From a virus: 64,000 bases of DNA. Within the stretch, counting starts at the first letter, position 1, and the number at the start of each line of letters is the position of its first letter. The DNA lies in IMG/VR virus record IMGVR_UViG_3300031566_000020, positions 818 to 64,817 of that record. One strand, given 5' to 3'. Below the pieces are notes generated by a model. The model was not told the origin of the DNA. It saw nothing but the letters and a program-made list of their open reading frames with translations, and made no database searches. Positions 35,620 to 46,334 of this stretch are shown here, piece after piece. The translations under genes and the position numbers were made by a program.

Positions 35620-36611
35620 GTGACGTAAATCTTTCCTTCTGAATAAGTATTTGGGTTAATATAATACATCATTAATTTAACTTCAAAGTCTACACCTGAT
35701 GCTTTATAAGTTTTGTATTCAACATGGGAATAGTCTGTTTCTGTAGTTGCTGGTGAAATCTGAAGCATATCACCAGAAATTTCAAAATCAAACTCTTGGT
35801 CATTCTTCTTTGTAAAAACTTTCTTTTGGTGTGCAGTATTTACTCTTTCTTCGCTGACTAATTCAAAGGCATCATATGGTGGATTTGTTGTAAATAAAAC
35901 ATCATCAAACCAATCATTCACAACATCCACTGCATCTTCATATGAATAATAAGCTAATAAGCCATTAAATGTAACAACTCCACTATCTTCCCAATACTGT
36001 CCGGGTGTTTCACATCCTTCACAAGCACAAACAGCATTATCAGCCCCTATATATCTTTCTCCGGGTAAAACATGAACCGGATTTTCACTTACAGGAACTG
36101 GAAAATGAGCTTGAGGGTATTTGAATCCGTAGCCAACACCAGCAGTATATAATTCGGAAGGGTTTGGTGATAAAAGCTCTGCTCCGCATCCAGATGTATA
36201 TGTAATACCTTGCCAATCATATAAATGAAATTGAACAGCCATATAACCACTTCTTGTATAACTAAAAACATTTTGAATAGTAACATCTGCATTTGACTTA
36301 ACAAGAATTACTGGTTTAAGGTAAGGCAATAATTCATCAGTAATTGCAATTGTTCCTGTAAATTCATATTTTGCTCTTTCAGGCAAAAGGGTATTTTCTT
36401 CTGTTGATGTGGCTTCTGGTATATCTTCATGCTCTAATACTGTCCAATCAGATTCATAAACAATATGAGAATTTTTAACATATTCATGAGCTGACATCCT
36501 ACGAAAATCAGGAACTTTTTCTATTATAGTAAGGTTCTTATTATTCTCTGAAACCTTTTCCTTAATATAATCTAATTTTTTTGGTTGATTGTAAGGTCTA
36601 TGTTGTGTCAT
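35616..36611 (-). CDS. probable minor tail protein (331 aa)
   Basis: Position; MTQHR start resembles the neighbour's MTQYR; C-terminal YINPNTY resembles AINPNTY (paralog-like). Confidence 0.55.
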   Translation of the reverse strand: MTQHRPYNQPKKLDYIKEKVSENNKNLTIIEKVPDFRRMSAHEYVKNSHIVYESDWTVLEHEDIPEATSTEENTLLPERAKYEFTGTIAITDELLPYLKPVILVKSNADVTIQNVFSYTRSGYMAVQFHLYDWQGITYTSGCGAELLSPNPSELYTAGVGYGFKYPQAHFPVPVSENPVHVLPGERYIGADNAVCACEGCETPGQYWEDSGVVTFNGLLAYYSYEDAVDVVNDWFDDVLFTTNPPYDAFELVSEERVNTAHQKKVFTKKNDQEFDFEISGDMLQISPATTETDYSHVEYKTYKASGVDFEVKLMMYYINPNTYSEGKIYVT

Positions 36612-37255
36612 TTTATTTTTTCTTTTGTTAATGCATCATAGGTATTAGGGTTAATCGCACATAACTCTGCTTTAACAAGTAATTGTGAATCTGCATCTTC
36701 TACAGAAAAGAAAGCATTGTAATAGAAAGTATAATTATCCCCTTCTTGATGCCATCTATAACTTTCATTAAAATCTAAACAATTTACAGTTTCATTAATA
36801 TCGTTATAAATATAAGATTTTAATTTCATATAATTTATAACTCTCTCTGTCATATTATGGAACGTAAGTTGAGTTTGAATAATACCAACTGTTTTTGTGT
36901 ATTCCCAATCATCTTCAGATGTGCCCGGAGCATATAGGTGGGCTGGTATTCCTTGTGGTACTCTAAAATCTTGAGTTGGATATAAAAAAAACCATCCTCC
37001 TCTATAGCCTGATTGATAAGCTGTAGAGGGTTCTGGTTCAATAGATGTATAAATTATTCCATTCCAATCATAGAGGTCATAATAAGTAGGAGTTGTATCA
37101 AGAGAATAAATTTTATTCATCTTAAATACAGGAACAGACTGTTCTATTGGCTTCTGTTTCTCTATTTGAGAAATGCGATAGAGAATATCTAAAGTTTCTT
37201 GATATATATCATTAAGTTTGCTATTTTTATTAACAAAAGTACGATATTGTGTCAT
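36608..37255 (-). CDS. probable minor tail protein (215 aa)
   Basis: Shares LYDWxGI.YTS motif with 35616-36611. Confidence 0.55.
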   Translation of the reverse strand: MTQYRTFVNKNSKLNDIYQETLDILYRISQIEKQKPIEQSVPVFKMNKIYSLDTTPTYYDLYDWNGIIYTSIEPEPSTAYQSGYRGGWFFLYPTQDFRVPQGIPAHLYAPGTSEDDWEYTKTVGIIQTQLTFHNMTERVINYMKLKSYIYNDINETVNCLDFNESYRWHQEGDNYTFYYNAFFSVEDADSQLLVKAELCAINPNTYDALTKEKIK

Positions 37256-39930
37256 TAAGAATCCTCATTATCAATTGTTAGTTCAGTTTTCATATCTGTT
37301 TTACCAGCAACTAAATATTCAGATTCAGCTTGAATATATTCGTCATCTGTATCATCAGGAAATTGAGAGTTAATAATCTCTAATTCTTCTTGAGATTTTG
37401 AATTATCAGCGTTAATGGTAACTTTCCTATCAGCAGATGTGATTGTGATAGATTTTGCACTGACAGGAAAACCATTGTTTCCATTAAATGTATTTGCTGA
37501 TGTTGTATTATCAATATTTATTCTAGTTAATAAACCAATCTTATAATATAAGTAACAATCTATTGTCATTGTTAAATCACAAGAGGTATCAGGAAGAACT
37601 GTTCCGTTGATATTTTTTAACAATTCATATTCTAAATCAGCTACTGTTTTTGCATAATCAACATAATTATAAGATTCATCAGTTTTCTTGTATAAGCCAT
37701 CTCCTCTATCATATAAATAAGGAGTTACGTTTTTTACACCATTTCTACAACTGATTTCTTTATATGGGGCATCACCAACATAATAATACCCAAGTTCAGT
37801 TTCAGTATCATTCCATTTTCTTTGTCGCCAATGTGAAGCATTTAAAAGCATCCAGAGGTCTTCAGTAACAGGAGCTAAAGATGTTCCTATAAACCAAAAA
37901 TGTTTTGAGATTGTACTTCCTAAATCAATCTCTCCCATTTTCTGTACAGTTGGTGACCAGAAATAAGTATATTGAGGAACAGAATTCCATGTTCCTTCAT
38001 GGATTCGCTGTGCAATATTTCCGGGTCTTGATGCACTACGATTTAATGGATTATAAAGACCATTATCACTAATAAAGAATGAAGTAACATGCTGGTCAAT
38101 CTGTGTTCCTAAATCAACTTTAATTCCTTTATATTTTTTAGGATTATCCTCATTGCTAGGGTTAATATAAGGATTATAAATTCTAGGATTGCTCAATAAA
38201 ACATCATACAAAGATAATCTAGCCCCTACACTTGGTAATGAAAGAGTAATAGTTTGTACCTTTGCTGTTGGTTCATCTTGATAAGCAGTAACTTCAACTT
38301 GTTCTTGAGAATCTGAATAGATACAGTTCAATTCTGCAATCTTTCCATTAAAAACTGTTACACCATCAATTGTAATAAGAACAGTATTTTGTGATGTTAT
38401 TGTAGATGATGCACCTTCTAATGTATGATTTAAATCATCATGTTTTCGTGTTAAAGTAAATGTTGCTTGACTTTCAGTTCCTTCAGAGTGAGTTATTTCG
38501 ATAGATTCCATAACCAAGTCAGTATTACCTAGTGTAACTCCATCAATTTTAACAACAAAATCCGATAAGTCAATAGGAACTATATCATCAATAGATGTAA
38601 TAGCAACTGTTTCTTTTGTTAAACATTTAAAATCACTATTAACATAGAAGTAATCATAAGCTAATGCTGTAAATTCACTGTCCAATTCAAATGCATCTAC
38701 AATATTAAAATCAGAATCAATCTCAAATGTTTCTTGAGAAACAGCTTTAAAATCTGTGTCTATTTCAAAATTAGACCTATCATCAAGAGTATAGATTTCT
38801 CCTGTTGTTGAATCAGTTCCGGCATAAGTTATGCCTTTATTAGAGTTATTTTCTATTTGATAAACGTCATCTGTATCACTTAAATCAATTGTTACTTTGC
38901 TAGATATATCAGAAATTTGGATTTTAGAAATCAGACCACTAGCACCAGATACATAAACATAATTTCCGGTAGTATCAAGACAAATATCTTTTGCAGTGTT
39001 TATTGCAGAAATTGTTGTTCCTGTATATACTGGTGCGGTAGGTGTAGAAATATCAATTTTAATAAGTTTAGCTGGAGAAGTATTTGTTACTGCTAACAAA
39101 TAGTTTCCAGAATTTATAATTTTATTGATATTAGCACCTATTACTGGAAATGTAGGTGTTTGTACAGATGATGTTATTGTCAAAACCGAAGGTGTTACTA
39201 ATGCATCAGTAAGTGTAACTGCTGATGTTGGTGTTTCTACAGAAGAAGTAATTGTTAAAACAGAAGGGGTAATTGTGACATTTGCGTTGTATTCTTCTGT
39301 TGGTGGAGTAAAAGTTGTTGTCCATCTTGCCACATCAGATACACGAATTTCATCTATCCAACCATTAAGATAATATCCAGCATTATCAGACATTCGACCA
39401 AATTCTAAAGCAACTGCTCTATCAATAAAAGCAGTTGTACTAACACTTGCTGTAGCACCTTGTGGAACACCATCTTTAAAAATATACATACTTGTTCCAG
39501 ACCGAACAATAGCCAAATGAAACCAAGAGCCTGTTGTTTCAGTAACTGCTCTGCTAAAATCAATACTTCCACCAGCATCCCTTACTCTAAGGTTTCCACC
39601 TTCCCATGCTATGTAAAAGTAGTTTCCACTACCAGTTACCCTTGAACAAACCGTTGTTGATGGTGTGGCACTGTTCAAATATAACCAACAATCAATTGTC
39701 CAATCATTTGCTCCAAAATCCCAATCTGCATGGTCACCAACTGATAAATAATCACCAAATGCTGATGTAAGGCATGACCCTGTGCCAAACTTTTGTTTAG
39801 CAGTGTCTACTTGGGCATTACCTTCAGCAGTGATTGTGTGACCAGTAGCAGAATAATCAGTAAATGTTGTTGATTCATCTACTCCATCACAATGTATAAG
39901 TAATTTTACATTACTATCTAAACCAGCCAT
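37255..39930 (-). CDS. tail tip/hub protein with N-terminal LamG (concanavalin A-like) domain
   Basis: LLIHCDG...WTIDCW...WFHLAIVR...GWIDEIRVS; later hub-like VKIDG...IEITHSEG...TFTL. Confidence 0.75.
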   Translation of the reverse strand: MAGLDSNVKLLIHCDGVDESTTFTDYSATGHTITAEGNAQVDTAKQKFGTGSCLTSAFGDYLSVGDHADWDFGANDWTIDCWLYLNSATPSTTVCSRVTGSGNYFYIAWEGGNLRVRDAGGSIDFSRAVTETTGSWFHLAIVRSGTSMYIFKDGVPQGATASVSTTAFIDRAVALEFGRMSDNAGYYLNGWIDEIRVSDVARWTTTFTPPTEEYNANVTITPSVLTITSSVETPTSAVTLTDALVTPSVLTITSSVQTPTFPVIGANINKIINSGNYLLAVTNTSPAKLIKIDISTPTAPVYTGTTISAINTAKDICLDTTGNYVYVSGASGLISKIQISDISSKVTIDLSDTDDVYQIENNSNKGITYAGTDSTTGEIYTLDDRSNFEIDTDFKAVSQETFEIDSDFNIVDAFELDSEFTALAYDYFYVNSDFKCLTKETVAITSIDDIVPIDLSDFVVKIDGVTLGNTDLVMESIEITHSEGTESQATFTLTRKHDDLNHTLEGASSTITSQNTVLITIDGVTVFNGKIAELNCIYSDSQEQVEVTAYQDEPTAKVQTITLSLPSVGARLSLYDVLLSNPRIYNPYINPSNEDNPKKYKGIKVDLGTQIDQHVTSFFISDNGLYNPLNRSASRPGNIAQRIHEGTWNSVPQYTYFWSPTVQKMGEIDLGSTISKHFWFIGTSLAPVTEDLWMLLNASHWRQRKWNDTETELGYYYVGDAPYKEISCRNGVKNVTPYLYDRGDGLYKKTDESYNYVDYAKTVADLEYELLKNINGTVLPDTSCDLTMTIDCYLYYKIGLLTRINIDNTTSANTFNGNNGFPVSAKSITITSADRKVTINADNSKSQEELEIINSQFPDDTDDEYIQAESEYLVAGKTDMKTELTIDNEDS

Positions 39931-39943
39931 AATTTAAACCCCT

Positions 39944-40366
39944 TTATGCTAATTGAATTATTCCGCTACTTGACCAATTAATTTGAAATGTTCCGTTTAA
40001 TACAACCTCGTCATCTCCAAAATCAATAGAACAAATAAGGTCATCTGTTCCTATTGTATCATCATAGATAACTGCATGACGAGCTGTAAAAGATGCTGAT
40101 GTCCATGATAAATTATCTGCATCAAAATTTGCAACGTCATTAGCATCATCCTGTGTAACAGACTGATTGGCTAATGTTTTTTGTTCGTAACCAGTACCAC
40201 TTGTTTCTACTTCATTTGCAGAAACATCAGCGAGAACATCATCATCAGCGTCAAAACTATGACTAGAATCCAATAAAAGAACTTTTATTGTATCCCCACC
40301 TGTTCCCATATCCATTAATGCATTCATTAAATTAGCTTTTGCTCTATTATAAACACCTGAAGCCAT
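39944..40366 (-). CDS. conserved phage tail structural protein
   Basis: DTIKVLLL...ANEV..GTGY...FDADNLSWT.ASFTARHAVIYDDT...LICSIDFG. Confidence 0.7.
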   Translation of the reverse strand: MASGVYNRAKANLMNALMDMGTGGDTIKVLLLDSSHSFDADDDVLADVSANEVETSGTGYEQKTLANQSVTQDDANDVANFDADNLSWTSASFTARHAVIYDDTIGTDDLICSIDFGDDEVVLNGTFQINWSSSGIIQLA

Positions 40367-40368
40367 TT

Positions 40369-40551
40369 TTATTCCTCCTGATATTGTCCACTTAATTTTA
40401 AAGGTTTTTGAATATTCACTTCAAAATCATTTGAACCATCTGTATAATAAGTATATTTTTTTAAAGCTGGTATTTTTTGTACACTACCATCTTTTAAAGT
40501 TACTGTGATAAAACTTTCTTTAGTAACAATTTCTTTTACTATTTTATCCAT
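40369..40551 (-). CDS. hypothetical protein (60 aa)
   Basis: AGGAG RBS; packed. Confidence 0.55.
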   Translation of the reverse strand: MDKIVKEIVTKESFITVTLKDGSVQKIPALKKYTYYTDGSNDFEVNIQKPLKLSGQYQEE

Positions 40552-40559
40552 TATTTCTC

Positions 40560-41162
40560 CTAAGTAATTAATGATGTATCTTCGGTAAATTCATATGTAC
40601 CACCGGATAATTCTGTTACTCTTACAATTGTAGAAGGAACTGCGTAAGTAGCAATCCAAATATCTCCGTTTCCATCTACAGTCATTGACTTAGCATTTGT
40701 GATAGTAGTTCCGCTTTTTGTTAAATCAACAGTTGTTTGAAGAACTCCGGATGTGTTGTATTTTAAAAGCTTGGCATTAGCTCCACTTGCAGAGCCGGGC
40801 AACAAATACCATAAATCAGAGCCACTTATTAAAACATCAACAGGGTCTTCTGATTCAGGGTTTGTAATTTCAACGGTTGTTGTTAAAGGATTTGAAGCTG
40901 AAATAATTTCACCCAATAAAGTTGTATCTGAATAAGCTAAATAGATATAGGTTGCATCTCCGGCAATTGCCACAATTTCATCCACATATTTATTTAAACT
41001 ATAGTATGTCTGTTCAGGGTCAAGACATCCTTGTTTTTTCAAAATACAATAATCACTACTATTCTGTGCAAAAGCTGTCCATAAATGGTTGCTATTTGTA
41101 TCAGAATACATAGCAGTGACATCTTCATTGCTTGAAAAACTATGTTGAGTTGTGATTGTCAT
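40560..41162 (-). CDS. beta-propeller-like structural protein
   Basis: Repeated D-xx-G-xx-W/Y strands (DGNGDIWIAT, SGSDLWYL). Confidence 0.5.
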   Translation of the reverse strand: MTITTQHSFSSNEDVTAMYSDTNSNHLWTAFAQNSSDYCILKKQGCLDPEQTYYSLNKYVDEIVAIAGDATYIYLAYSDTTLLGEIISASNPLTTTVEITNPESEDPVDVLISGSDLWYLLPGSASGANAKLLKYNTSGVLQTTVDLTKSGTTITNAKSMTVDGNGDIWIATYAVPSTIVRVTELSGGTYEFTEDTSLIT

Positions 41163-41175
41163 TATTTATCCTTTA

Positions 41176-41808
41176 TTAATTATCTAACCATTTAACTACA
41201 AATACAGGACTTGCACTAAATCCAGTTGTTTGAGAAGCTGGAATTACTACACATATATTTGCATATAAATTGGTAGCTGTGCTTAAATAACCACTTCCAT
41301 CATTTAATTCCAAATAATTTCCGTCTGTACTTCCAGCCATTCTTGTTCCGGTTGTAATCCATCCAGCTCCGGGTAATCCTGAAGTTGTTACAACACCACG
41401 AATAAAACTTGAAGATGGTGTTCCACTTCCAAGCATTGCTCCTGTTGCTGTGTTTAAATTATCATCATCATATACTTCTAACTGTGGTTCTGATGCTGTA
41501 GAAGCGTCAAATGCAAAACAAAGAACATACCTTTTATTAACATTGCCCATATTTGGTATATCTTTTAATTCATCTGCACTTGTATCTTGAAGTAAATATG
41601 TATCCATGATAATTTGTGCCCCTGTTAATATTACACCAGCAGAAATAAGTTCTGCCTGTGATGGCACATCTTCCCCATCTGCTACTACGCTATTTCCAGC
41701 AGTAAAGATAAGTTTATCTGAACTTTCTGCATACTCAACCCACTCAACCCCACTTGTTCCTTGTGGTGAATCAGTTGAATCACAATTTACATAGACTTTT
41801 AAAGCCAT
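41176..41808 (-). CDS. structural protein (210 aa)
   Basis: AAGGAG RBS; Thr/Ser/Gly-rich; tail region. Confidence 0.55.
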   Translation of the reverse strand: MALKVYVNCDSTDSPQGTSGVEWVEYAESSDKLIFTAGNSVVADGEDVPSQAELISAGVILTGAQIIMDTYLLQDTSADELKDIPNMGNVNKRYVLCFAFDASTASEPQLEVYDDDNLNTATGAMLGSGTPSSSFIRGVVTTSGLPGAGWITTGTRMAGSTDGNYLELNDGSGYLSTATNLYANICVVIPASQTTGFSASPVFVVKWLDN

Positions 41809-41823
41809 ACTATTTCTCCTTTG

Positions 41824-42240
41824 TTAAGCCCAAGCATCTACACGAAATGTGCAGACTACTCTTTGCCAAGTTATTCTTTTCTTTCGTGAATCTAAAGGAA
41901 ACTGAAAAGAAGTTAATCTTTTCACCTTATAATCTTTTGTTGTTGTACTTGTTAAACCAACCTTTAACACATATTTTGTATTTTTAGCTATAGTTGTTAA
42001 AAGTGCATTCATTTCTGCAACTAATCCGGCATATGTGGTATTTTTTAACATAAAAGTTAATGTTAAATCCCAAGGTTCTGTTGAACCAGCCGAAATAATT
42101 GACCCCTGTCCTCTTAGAGAAGTATGTTCTACAAAAGATTGAGGGTCTTGGAAATCATCAATATCAGTCACATATTCAAATGTATACTGCAATGATGTTC
42201 CTGTTGAATCATATAATTTAAATGTTGGTATGTATGCCAT
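41824..42240 (-). CDS. distal tail (Dit)-like protein
   Basis: Immediately downstream of the tape measure gene; beta-rich 138 aa. Confidence 0.55.
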   Translation of the reverse strand: MAYIPTFKLYDSTGTSLQYTFEYVTDIDDFQDPQSFVEHTSLRGQGSIISAGSTEPWDLTLTFMLKNTTYAGLVAEMNALLTTIAKNTKYVLKVGLTSTTTKDYKVKRLTSFQFPLDSRKKRITWQRVVCTFRVDAWA

Positions 42241-42242
42241 GA

Positions 42243-45035
42243 TTATTTGTCCTCTATTTTATTATCTATGACTTTAGCCCCTTTTTCTTTTGGGTTATTT
42301 GCCACTCTATCCCACATCTTATCTAGCTGTTCATTAAAAATATAAACAATTCTTGGTTCAATTTCAGATACTGCTTTTTTGAAATCTTCTTTAGAAGTAG
42401 AACCAATACTAAAGTTCTTTCCATCTATAACCAAATCCATTGTAACATGATGTTCAGATTTAGCTACTGTGCCTGTCTGTGGTATAGGAGTTCCATATTT
42501 TTTAGCTTGTGCTTCTTGAGCTAAAACTGCCATTGTTTTTCCGCTTGATAATGCACTATCCATTCTTCTTCGTGCTTCTTCTAAACGTAAATTTTTCCTA
42601 GCTTGTAGCTCTTGCTGTGCTACAGTCTGTCCTATATCTGTTCTTCCAACAACTCCTCTATCAGAAACAGGTACATTTATCTTTTGTCCGCCTTTAAGCT
42701 CCTGAAAGCCAAACTGTGTTTTACCTTTAAAAAACGATAATGCTTGTTGTTCTTTAAAAATATCACCAAAATTCTCTTTAAAGACATCAAGAGCTTTACC
42801 ACCTTTTTTAACAAATGCACTAAAATCTACATCTCCAGCTAAAACATCACTTAATCCTTTAGCCATATCAACACCATATTTTTGTGCAATGTCATAAAGT
42901 TTTTTGGCTCTATCGGATAAATCAGTACCTAATTCTTTTTCATCATTGATAGCTTGTTCTTTTTTAAGTTGGTCATCTAATACTTCAAAAATATCTTTTT
43001 CTTTTTTATAACGCTTATTTAATGCCTGTTCTGCTTTAAGAATTTCTGAAGTAGAAGCTCCTTCTAATTTTAGTCTGTCAAGGGTATTTTTAATAATAAC
43101 ATCTTGTAATTTGCCCTGACGAATAAAATTATCTTCTTTCTTTTTATCATTAATTTCTGATTGTTTTTGAGCTTTATCTACTTCTTTTTGTTTTGCAAGT
43201 ATTTTTTCTAATTCAGCTCTTACTCTTTCAATATTAACACCTTCACCTAATCCTAAATTTGCACCTGTTCCAGCAACATCTATTTTTGCTAAAACTGCTT
43301 CGATTTCTTCTATTGAAAGATTTCCTTTAAGCCCTTTATTAATAGCACCAGCCATATCCTGACCTATTTTATCAAAGGTCTTATGAGTAGCTTTTGCATC
43401 TTTTTCTAATTTATTTGCTTGTTCTTTAACTTGGAGAGCAGTAAAGATACCAACACCTATTGCTCCAAGAGGAGTTGCTAAACCAGTAACAATTTTTTTA
43501 GCGATACTTGGAACTGTAGCAGTAGCAAAAGCTAACAGTTGGGCACGAAACGCACCAACACCTATAATTCCTCCAGCTATTAAAGCGTTTTTAATTGTAT
43601 AACCCATTGCTTCAGCACTACGTTCAACATCTTCTTGTGCCCCAACAACTTTTCTTAAAAGATTAATATATTTATCACCACCTACTAATCCTTCTGTAAA
43701 AGCTTTTCCAATGAGTTTATTTAAGTTTTTATAACGGTCTGTTAAACCACTAATTGTTTCTGTTTGTTTATTAAATGTTTCGTCAAATGCTTCAAGGTCT
43801 GGTCTTAAAGCAAGGTTTTCTCTTAATACGTTTTTCAAAGAAACTAATGATGCAATAATTTCAGTCCTTCTTGCTCCAAATAATTCGCCTAATGATTCAG
43901 CTAAATCGGCTGGAACTTCATCAACTGTTTTAAGTTCGGATAATCTATCAACTAACGCAAGAATAAATTCTGTTGTTCCTTGGGTACTTGGGTCAAAACT
44001 TAATTGTAATTTTTGAGATATTCCTTGAATATCAGCCAAAGCACTTAATAATGTTGTTCTTAATAATCTTCCAGCCCTCTTTGCCTGACCACCTGTACTA
44101 AGAGTGGCTAATACAGCAAGAGTATCATTAATAGATAAATTAGCTATGTTAGCTGTACCAGCAAATTTTTCTAAATCTTGGTTTAATTCTGTGATTTCAA
44201 AAGCGTTTGTTTGCCAAAGTTTATCTGTTAAAGCAAGAGCATTCTTAATAGCTAACTGTTTTTCCTCTGTGCTTCCAAGATTATTTGTTAAAACACGCAA
44301 AGAACGAGCAAAAGCTTTAGCAGTTTCTTCACCTTCACCAAATAAATTAACAGCTAATTTCAAAGAACCAATACCACCAGCTAAAGATTCTTCAAGTGTA
44401 AAACCAACAGTAGCAAACTTCTGAATAGCATTAGTAACTTCTGTTACGCTTCTACCAGATTTAATAGAAAATTCTTCGATTTGGTCTTGTAATCCACTAA
44501 AATCATAACCCGGAGAAGTAGCAGATAAGTTGCGGTTTAATTTTTGCATTGCTCTATCAAATTCAGCAATAGTGGCTAATCCATCTTTGATTGTACGAAA
44601 AACTGTGGCAATACCTTGACGTAAAGCAAACCAAACAGGGATAGTCAAAACAGCACGTTTTAATAGAGTTTTTAAGTTATCACCAAAACTTCTTGTGACA
44701 TTAGCTCCATTTTTTACTGTTTGATTAACAACCTGTTGATTTTTACCATAACCAGCAACAGTTCTTGTTAAAGTTTTATATTTACCATCTACACCTTTTA
44801 AAACAGTTTCGTATGTTCTAAGCTGATTTGCAACTGTTCCGTCACCAAGCTTAATTCCTTTAGCGTTATAAGTTATCTTCTTTAGTTCATTAGATACAAC
44901 ACTTGCCCCTTTTACAAACTCTGTGCCTAAAGTTTTGGCTAATGTTTTATTTGTTAAATCAAGAACCTGTATTTGCCTTTTAGCTCTTGAAATGTCAGCA
45001 TCATATTGTATAACTACTCTGTCACCTAAAGCCAT
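42243..45035 (-). CDS. tail tape measure protein
   Basis: 930 aa Ala/Gly/Leu-rich helical protein; FDRAMQKL...FSIKSGRSVTEVTNAIQKFATVGF TP901-type core; follows two chaperone-sized genes. Confidence 0.88.
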   Translation of the reverse strand: MALGDRVVIQYDADISRAKRQIQVLDLTNKTLAKTLGTEFVKGASVVSNELKKITYNAKGIKLGDGTVANQLRTYETVLKGVDGKYKTLTRTVAGYGKNQQVVNQTVKNGANVTRSFGDNLKTLLKRAVLTIPVWFALRQGIATVFRTIKDGLATIAEFDRAMQKLNRNLSATSPGYDFSGLQDQIEEFSIKSGRSVTEVTNAIQKFATVGFTLEESLAGGIGSLKLAVNLFGEGEETAKAFARSLRVLTNNLGSTEEKQLAIKNALALTDKLWQTNAFEITELNQDLEKFAGTANIANLSINDTLAVLATLSTGGQAKRAGRLLRTTLLSALADIQGISQKLQLSFDPSTQGTTEFILALVDRLSELKTVDEVPADLAESLGELFGARRTEIIASLVSLKNVLRENLALRPDLEAFDETFNKQTETISGLTDRYKNLNKLIGKAFTEGLVGGDKYINLLRKVVGAQEDVERSAEAMGYTIKNALIAGGIIGVGAFRAQLLAFATATVPSIAKKIVTGLATPLGAIGVGIFTALQVKEQANKLEKDAKATHKTFDKIGQDMAGAINKGLKGNLSIEEIEAVLAKIDVAGTGANLGLGEGVNIERVRAELEKILAKQKEVDKAQKQSEINDKKKEDNFIRQGKLQDVIIKNTLDRLKLEGASTSEILKAEQALNKRYKKEKDIFEVLDDQLKKEQAINDEKELGTDLSDRAKKLYDIAQKYGVDMAKGLSDVLAGDVDFSAFVKKGGKALDVFKENFGDIFKEQQALSFFKGKTQFGFQELKGGQKINVPVSDRGVVGRTDIGQTVAQQELQARKNLRLEEARRRMDSALSSGKTMAVLAQEAQAKKYGTPIPQTGTVAKSEHHVTMDLVIDGKNFSIGSTSKEDFKKAVSEIEPRIVYIFNEQLDKMWDRVANNPKEKGAKVIDNKIEDK

Positions 45036-45427
45036 TATTCGTCACCTTCTTTATCTTCAGTATTTTTTACACCAGAAAAAATAGGAATGTCAAACTGATT
45101 TTTCTTTTTACTGTTTCTTTGTTTGCGTTCTTCACGCTTCATTTTTCTTAAATCTTTTTCTATCGTTTTGGCTCTCCAATATAAAAAAGCATCACATCTG
45201 GAATTGTTATCTATTACTTTTTCATCAAGATTTTCCCACTCCATACTTGATAGTTCTGAATAAAGCATAGAATAGACACGAAGCCAATAAAGAAATAAAT
45301 ACTGTAATCCTGAAAAGGTATTCCGATTTTTAAATATATTAATTCCAGAACAGTCTTTTGAACAAGTATATATCTCTTGCCAATAAGAAGACCTTGCGAG
45401 TTGTCTAATCTTATCTTCAATATTCAT
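45035..45427 (-). CDS. tail assembly chaperone-like protein (T position)
   Basis: Position directly before the tape measure gene. Confidence 0.5.
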   Translation of the reverse strand: MNIEDKIRQLARSSYWQEIYTCSKDCSGINIFKNRNTFSGLQYLFLYWLRVYSMLYSELSSMEWENLDEKVIDNNSRCDAFLYWRAKTIEKDLRKMKREERKQRNSKKKNQFDIPIFSGVKNTEDKEGDE

Positions 45428-45429
45428 TA

Positions 45430-46068
45430 TTATGTTAAGCTCAATAGTAAAGATTGAACTCCATCTAAAGCTATAGTAGATAATCCAGATTCATCTTTTT
45501 TATAAGCTTCAAAGGAATCCCAAATCTTTTTTGTTTTATCATTAACAACTTCTTCTGTACACATATAAGCAAGATATCTATAATATTCAACTTTAACCTG
45601 TGATTCAATACAAGGCGATAAATATTCAGCTATATCAATTAAAATATTTTGAAATCTTGTGTTTATTTCATCTTGTTTTTCCAATGCTTTTGCTAATCTT
45701 TCAGGTTCATCAGAAGGTATTAGGGCTGTTTCAAGCATTGCATCTCTTAATTCGCTTAAAATCTGCTCTTTTTCTTTTTCTAATGCCGGAATATCAATGT
45801 TTTGAGATTCTTTTAATATTTTAATCCAGTCCTTCTTTGTAACATTATCTTTATCCTTATAAAGTTTAATCTTTTCTTTGTTCTGAATACGTTCTGCTAC
45901 AATCTGGTCTTCCTGACTAGGCATTCTAACCCTATAAGTAGCGTCTTTATAAGAAAATAAGTATTTATTATCTTCAATCAAAGCTCTTGTTGAAGTGCAT
46001 AAATTTAAATCCTTTAAAGTCTGTTGGATTTCTGCTTTCTTTTCTTGTGATAATATTTCGTTTTCCAT
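45430..46068 (-). CDS. tail assembly chaperone-like protein (G position)
   Basis: Position between tail tube and tape measure; AAGGAG RBS. Confidence 0.5.
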   Translation of the reverse strand: MENEILSQEKKAEIQQTLKDLNLCTSTRALIEDNKYLFSYKDATYRVRMPSQEDQIVAERIQNKEKIKLYKDKDNVTKKDWIKILKESQNIDIPALEKEKEQILSELRDAMLETALIPSDEPERLAKALEKQDEINTRFQNILIDIAEYLSPCIESQVKVEYYRYLAYMCTEEVVNDKTKKIWDSFEAYKKDESGLSTIALDGVQSLLLSLT

Positions 46069-46086
46069 ACTATTCTCCTTTAATTG

Positions 46087-46293
46087 TTAAAAGCCATACT
46101 GGGTTTCATCATCTTCATCTAATTTTAAAAGGTCTTCAATACTAATCATTTTATCTGCTAAACCAGAATAATCATTATAATAATGTGTGTGAATTTCAAC
46201 AGTTCTCATTTCTTTAAGTTCTTCAATAGCTTTTCTAAGGTAAGCAAGTTCGGTTTCAATCATTTTAAGACGGTCAGTTTCTGGTTCACTCAT
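46087..46293 (-). CDS. hypothetical protein (68 aa)
   Basis: GGGGAG RBS. Confidence 0.55.
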   Translation of the reverse strand: MSEPETDRLKMIETELAYLRKAIEELKEMRTVEIHTHYYNDYSGLADKMISIEDLLKLDEDDETQYGF

Positions 46294-46334
46294 GGTATCT
46301 CCCTTTTTAAATAAAAAAACCCCTATTGCCTAGA

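Noticed and set aside
45427-45540. Lambda G/GT-type -1 frameshift between the tail chaperone genes
   Set aside because: An A-AAA-AAG heptamer exists (DKTKK codons), but the -1 frame hits TGA six codons later. No slippery heptamer lies in the last ~20 codons, where the -1 frame is open.
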